A stretch of 45,848 bases of DNA from an uncultured Gammaproteobacteria bacterium (GTDB lineage: Bacteria > Patescibacteriota > Microgenomatia > UBA12405), in assembly GCA_964448705.1 (NCBI GenBank), contig CAYUZS010000002.1, positions 1,729 to 47,576 on the forward strand. Reading direction: 5' to 3'. Below the pieces are notes generated by a model. The model did not search any database and was not told where the DNA came from. It saw only the letters and a list, made by a program, of their open reading frames with translations. Positions 43,273 through 45,848 of the stretch are shown here, piece after piece. Positions within the stretch are counted from its first letter, which is position 1, and every line of letters starts with the position of its first letter. The position numbers were made by a program, and so were the translations under genes.

Positions 43273-43539
43273 TTAACTGGTTACATTTCTTATTTCAACT
43301 TCACCACCGCCAAAATATTTGAGTTTCATTGAATTATCTCCAGTTATGATGAATGCTTCGGTAACAGGATTGTATGCAATTAGATTTGAACTTAGGTTAA
43401 CTGGCATCGTGTCTCGGATTAAAACTTCGGTGTGACGGGTGATAGTGTCAGTGATGATTAAATTAAATTTGGATAATTCAACCCGGTCGTAACATATTTT
43501 TGTAAAAAACTTACCATCAATCAAGATTTCAGTGGTCAT
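43273..43539 (-). CDS. hypothetical 88-aa protein between ftsZ and ileS
   Basis: Beta-rich soluble ORF. Start trimmed from TTG 43563 to ATG 43539. No SD. The ATG overlaps the TGA of a 15-codon upstream ORF (ATGA). Confidence 0.4.
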   Translation of the reverse strand: MTTEILIDGKFFTKICYDRVELSKFNLIITDTITRHTEVLIRDTMPVNLSSNLIAYNPVTEAFIITGDNSMKLKYFGGGEVEIRNVTS

Positions 43540-43602
43540 AAATGGGAAGTACGACACAAACAAAATTTTTGGTTAGTGCCCATAGATAGAAGGATTATAA
43601 CA
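43536..43602 (-). promoter_or_regulatory. extended -10 TGT-TATAAT plus 10 nt plus upstream ORF MGTNQKFCLCRTSHL*, a paralogue of the ileS leader element
   Basis: -10 at 43602..43594. ATG 43583; TGA 43538..43536. 43565-43587 nearly matches 43235-43258. Confidence 0.35.
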
Positions 43603-44757
43603 TTATTTATTTTTTCTTAAAAAAGAAGGAATGTCGAATTCGTCCACAATATCAACACCGGCGGGAATTTCTTTATCGTTTAAAACTGCCATTTCAGGCG
43701 GTTGAGGACTGACCGGAGAGGAATTAGCAACAGGAGGAGAAATCTGAGTTTGTAACGGACGTGAGGGTTTTTTGATATTTTGATAAAGTCTTTGGCGGCT
43801 GGAGTCAAAACCGGTGGCGATAACACTGATCTTAATTTTATCGGAAAAAGTTTTATCGATTGTGGCCCCAAAAATTACATTTGCGTCGGGAGCTGATAAT
43901 TCAGTGATAGTTTTGGCAGCCTCTTCGATTTCGGCCATTGTCAAATCCGGACCACCAGTGATGTTAATCAAAACTCCTCTGGCACCATCAATAGCGACTT
44001 CGACTAACGGGGAATCAATAGCAGCTTCAACCGCTCTTCTGGCTTTTTCTTCACCTTCAGCTTCACCGACACCCATGAGAGCCGAACCGGCGTTACTCAT
44101 AACAGATTTGATATCGGCAAAATCGAGATTAATAAGACCGGGAACAGTAATCAGATCGGCAATGGCTTTTGTGCCTTTATTTAAAACTGAATCAGCAATT
44201 TTAAAAGCCTCAAGAAGAGTGGCTTTATCGTTGACGACTTCAAGTACTTTTTGGTTGGGAATTACAATGAGAGTGTCAACATTTTCTTTGAGCTGAGAAA
44301 CACCTTCCTCAGCATTGGTCATGCGTCTGGTGCCTTCAAAAAGAAAAGGTTTGGTGACGACAGCTATCGTCAGGGCACCTATTTCTTTTTTGGCTATTTC
44401 GGCGATTATCGGAGCAGCACCGGTACAAGTTCCTCCACCCATACCTCCGGTAATAAAAATCATGTCAGTTCCCTCCAGAGCTTCACGAATACGATCGTGT
44501 GATTCTTTGGCGGCTTCGGCGCCGATTTGAGGATTACCTCCGGCACCAAGACCTTTGGTTAATTTTTCTCCGATTTGAATTTTAATAGGAGCCAGGGAAT
44601 TTAAAAGTGCCTGAGAATCGGTATTAACAGCGATAAAATCGACACCCTGAATATCTTCTTCAGAAATCATGGAGTTGATGGCATTGTTTCCGCCGCCACC
44701 AATACCCACAACTTTGATTCGGGCAAACTGACCGGTAAGGTTTTTTATTAATCCCAT
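43603..44757 (-). CDS. ftsZ: cell division protein FtsZ
   Basis: 384 aa. GIGGGGNNA, tubulin signature [28 protein letters not shown]-terminal DIPSFLRK tail. Confidence 0.95.
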   Translation of the reverse strand: MGLIKNLTGQFARIKVVGIGGGGNNAINSMISEEDIQGVDFIAVNTDSQALLNSLAPIKIQIGEKLTKGLGAGGNPQIGAEAAKESHDRIREALEGTDMIFITGGMGGGTCTGAAPIIAEIAKKEIGALTIAVVTKPFLFEGTRRMTNAEEGVSQLKENVDTLIVIPNQKVLEVVNDKATLLEAFKIADSVLNKGTKAIADLITVPGLINLDFADIKSVMSNAGSALMGVGEAEGEEKARRAVEAAIDSPLVEVAIDGARGVLINITGGPDLTMAEIEEAAKTITELSAPDANVIFGATIDKTFSDKIKISVIATGFDSSRQRLYQNIKKPSRPLQTQISPPVANSSPVSPQPPEMAVLNDKEIPAGVDIVDEFDIPSFLRKNK

Positions 44758-44813
44758 ATCTAGTTAAATTAAGAAGTACAAATAAACAAAGGCAGATGAA
44801 AAGTCATTAAATT

Positions 44814-45848
44814 TTATGGAAGCAGGGGTTCTATTAAATTTTTAATTTTTCCAAAAATACCGTTTAAAGAGACTGATGATTTTTTGGATGATCCAGAATT
44901 ATCAGATTTATTGGTTTCTAAATTATACATTAAAAGACCAATGGCGCTGGTATAACCCGGATTAAGAATATCATCAACAATGCCACCAAATTTAGGGGGG
45001 CTGGCGATTCTGAGAGGCAGAGGAATAACTTTACTACAAATCTCCCGGGCATTTATAGTTTGGGCTCCCCCACCGGTGAGGACAATTCCGGCAGGAATAG
45101 AGTGAGTAAATCCACTGTTTTCGATTTGGTCGTATATAAGGGAAAATAATTCTTCGAGACGCGGTTTAATGATGCCGTTTATGGCTGTTTGAAGAGAAAT
45201 TTTGTGTTTATCTTCGGAGAGAATTCCAAAATGGGAAAGATCAACTTCATCATCATATTTTTGACTATCGGAGATTTTGTTAAGTTTTAGTTTTATTTTA
45301 TCGGCATCATCCAAAGAAAGTCGAAGACCTATGGCCAGATCGTTGGTAACATTATTAGCGCCAACCGGAATAACAGTGGAATAAACAGGGAAACCTTCTG
45401 TGAAAATAGTTAAAGAGGTAACGCTGCCGCCAATGTCTACCAGAGCCACACCCAATTCTTTTTCGGTGTCGGTTAAAGAAGCTTTGGCAGCTGCCAGGCC
45501 GGAATAAACCAGTGAATCAATTTTTATACCAATTTCATCGAGACATTTGTGTAAATTTTTTAAGCTGGGACTGGAAGCCATGATTAAATGGGATTCCAAT
45601 TCGAGACGAACTCCGTTCATACCAACAGGATCAACTACCCCTTCCTGACCATCAACAGTATATTTTCTGGGTATGGTGTGGATTATTTCTTTACCATTAG
45701 GAAGAGAAATTGCCTGGGCAGCTTCGATAACCCGTTCGATATCCGATGAAGAAATTTCACCGTTGGGACTGCTGATGGCAACTACACCTTGAGAATTTAA
45801 AGATTCAATATGGGGGGCGCAAATGGAAACAGCGGCATTATGAATTTG
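44814..45848 (-). CDS. ftsA: cell division protein FtsA (N-terminus outside the window)
   Basis: Actin-like ATPase motifs (VALVDIGGSVTSLTIF, GVVLTGGGAQ). The reading frame stays open upstream of the ORF-track Met to the window edge. Confidence 0.85.
   Translation of the reverse strand, partial: QIHNAAVSICAPHIESLNSQGVVAISSPNGEISSSDIERVIEAAQAISLPNGKEIIHTIPRKYTVDGQEGVVDPVGMNGVRLELESHLIMASSPSLKNLHKCLDEIGIKIDSLVYSGLAAAKASLTDTEKELGVALVDIGGSVTSLTIFTEGFPVYSTVIPVGANNVTNDLAIGLRLSLDDADKIKLKLNKISDSQKYDDEVDLSHFGILSEDKHKISLQTAINGIIKPRLEELFSLIYDQIENSGFTHSIPAGIVLTGGGAQTINAREICSKVIPLPLRIASPPKFGGIVDDILNPGYTSAIGLLMYNLETNKSDNSGSSKKSSVSLNGIFGKIKNLIEPLLP

Overview
This is a low-GC (about 35-38% by eye), very gene-dense bacterial chromosome segment, read with the standard code. 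Most of the content is housekeeping. The right end holds a division and cell-wall block: ftsA (partial), ftsZ, ileS, a SEDS protein, rplU-rpmA, parB and lepB. There is a DNA-maintenance set (dnaE, a family-X polymerase, lexA-Nudix-rsmI) plus ppsA, ndk, adk, lgt, secG and htpX/lemA. An envelope glycosylation cluster (GT2, GT4, O-antigen-ligase-like, GT-C) sits next to a large secreted LCAT-like lipase. There are nine complete tRNA genes and one truncated by the window edge. No rRNA, CRISPR array, transposase or integrase was seen. Small or truncated enzymes, many orphan membrane proteins and almost no Shine-Dalgarno sequences suggest, by inference only, a reduced-genome Patescibacteria/CPR-type organism. 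Five signals stand out. (1) The tRNA-Lys(UUU) locus at 18338-18982 has three perfect 81-bp tandem units carrying tRNA-Lys 5' fragments whose anticodon arm is replaced by a 16-nt palindrome. An intact tRNA-Lys follows, then a GIY-YIG nuclease ORF starting 1 nt after the CCA end, then a fifth tRNA-like copy that abuts the lgt start codon. (2) A candidate leader peptide MGTTQKIIII plus an intrinsic terminator lies directly upstream of ileS, and its promoter and 5' element is duplicated upstream of the neighbouring orphan gene. (3) At least ten genes have a -10 hexamer exactly 6 nt upstream of the start codon, which implies leaderless mRNAs. (4) Three ORFs start 1-2 nt after tRNA 3' ends. (5) Two tRNAs carry C instead of the near-universal U55. 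All functional calls come from motif recognition by eye; no database search was run.
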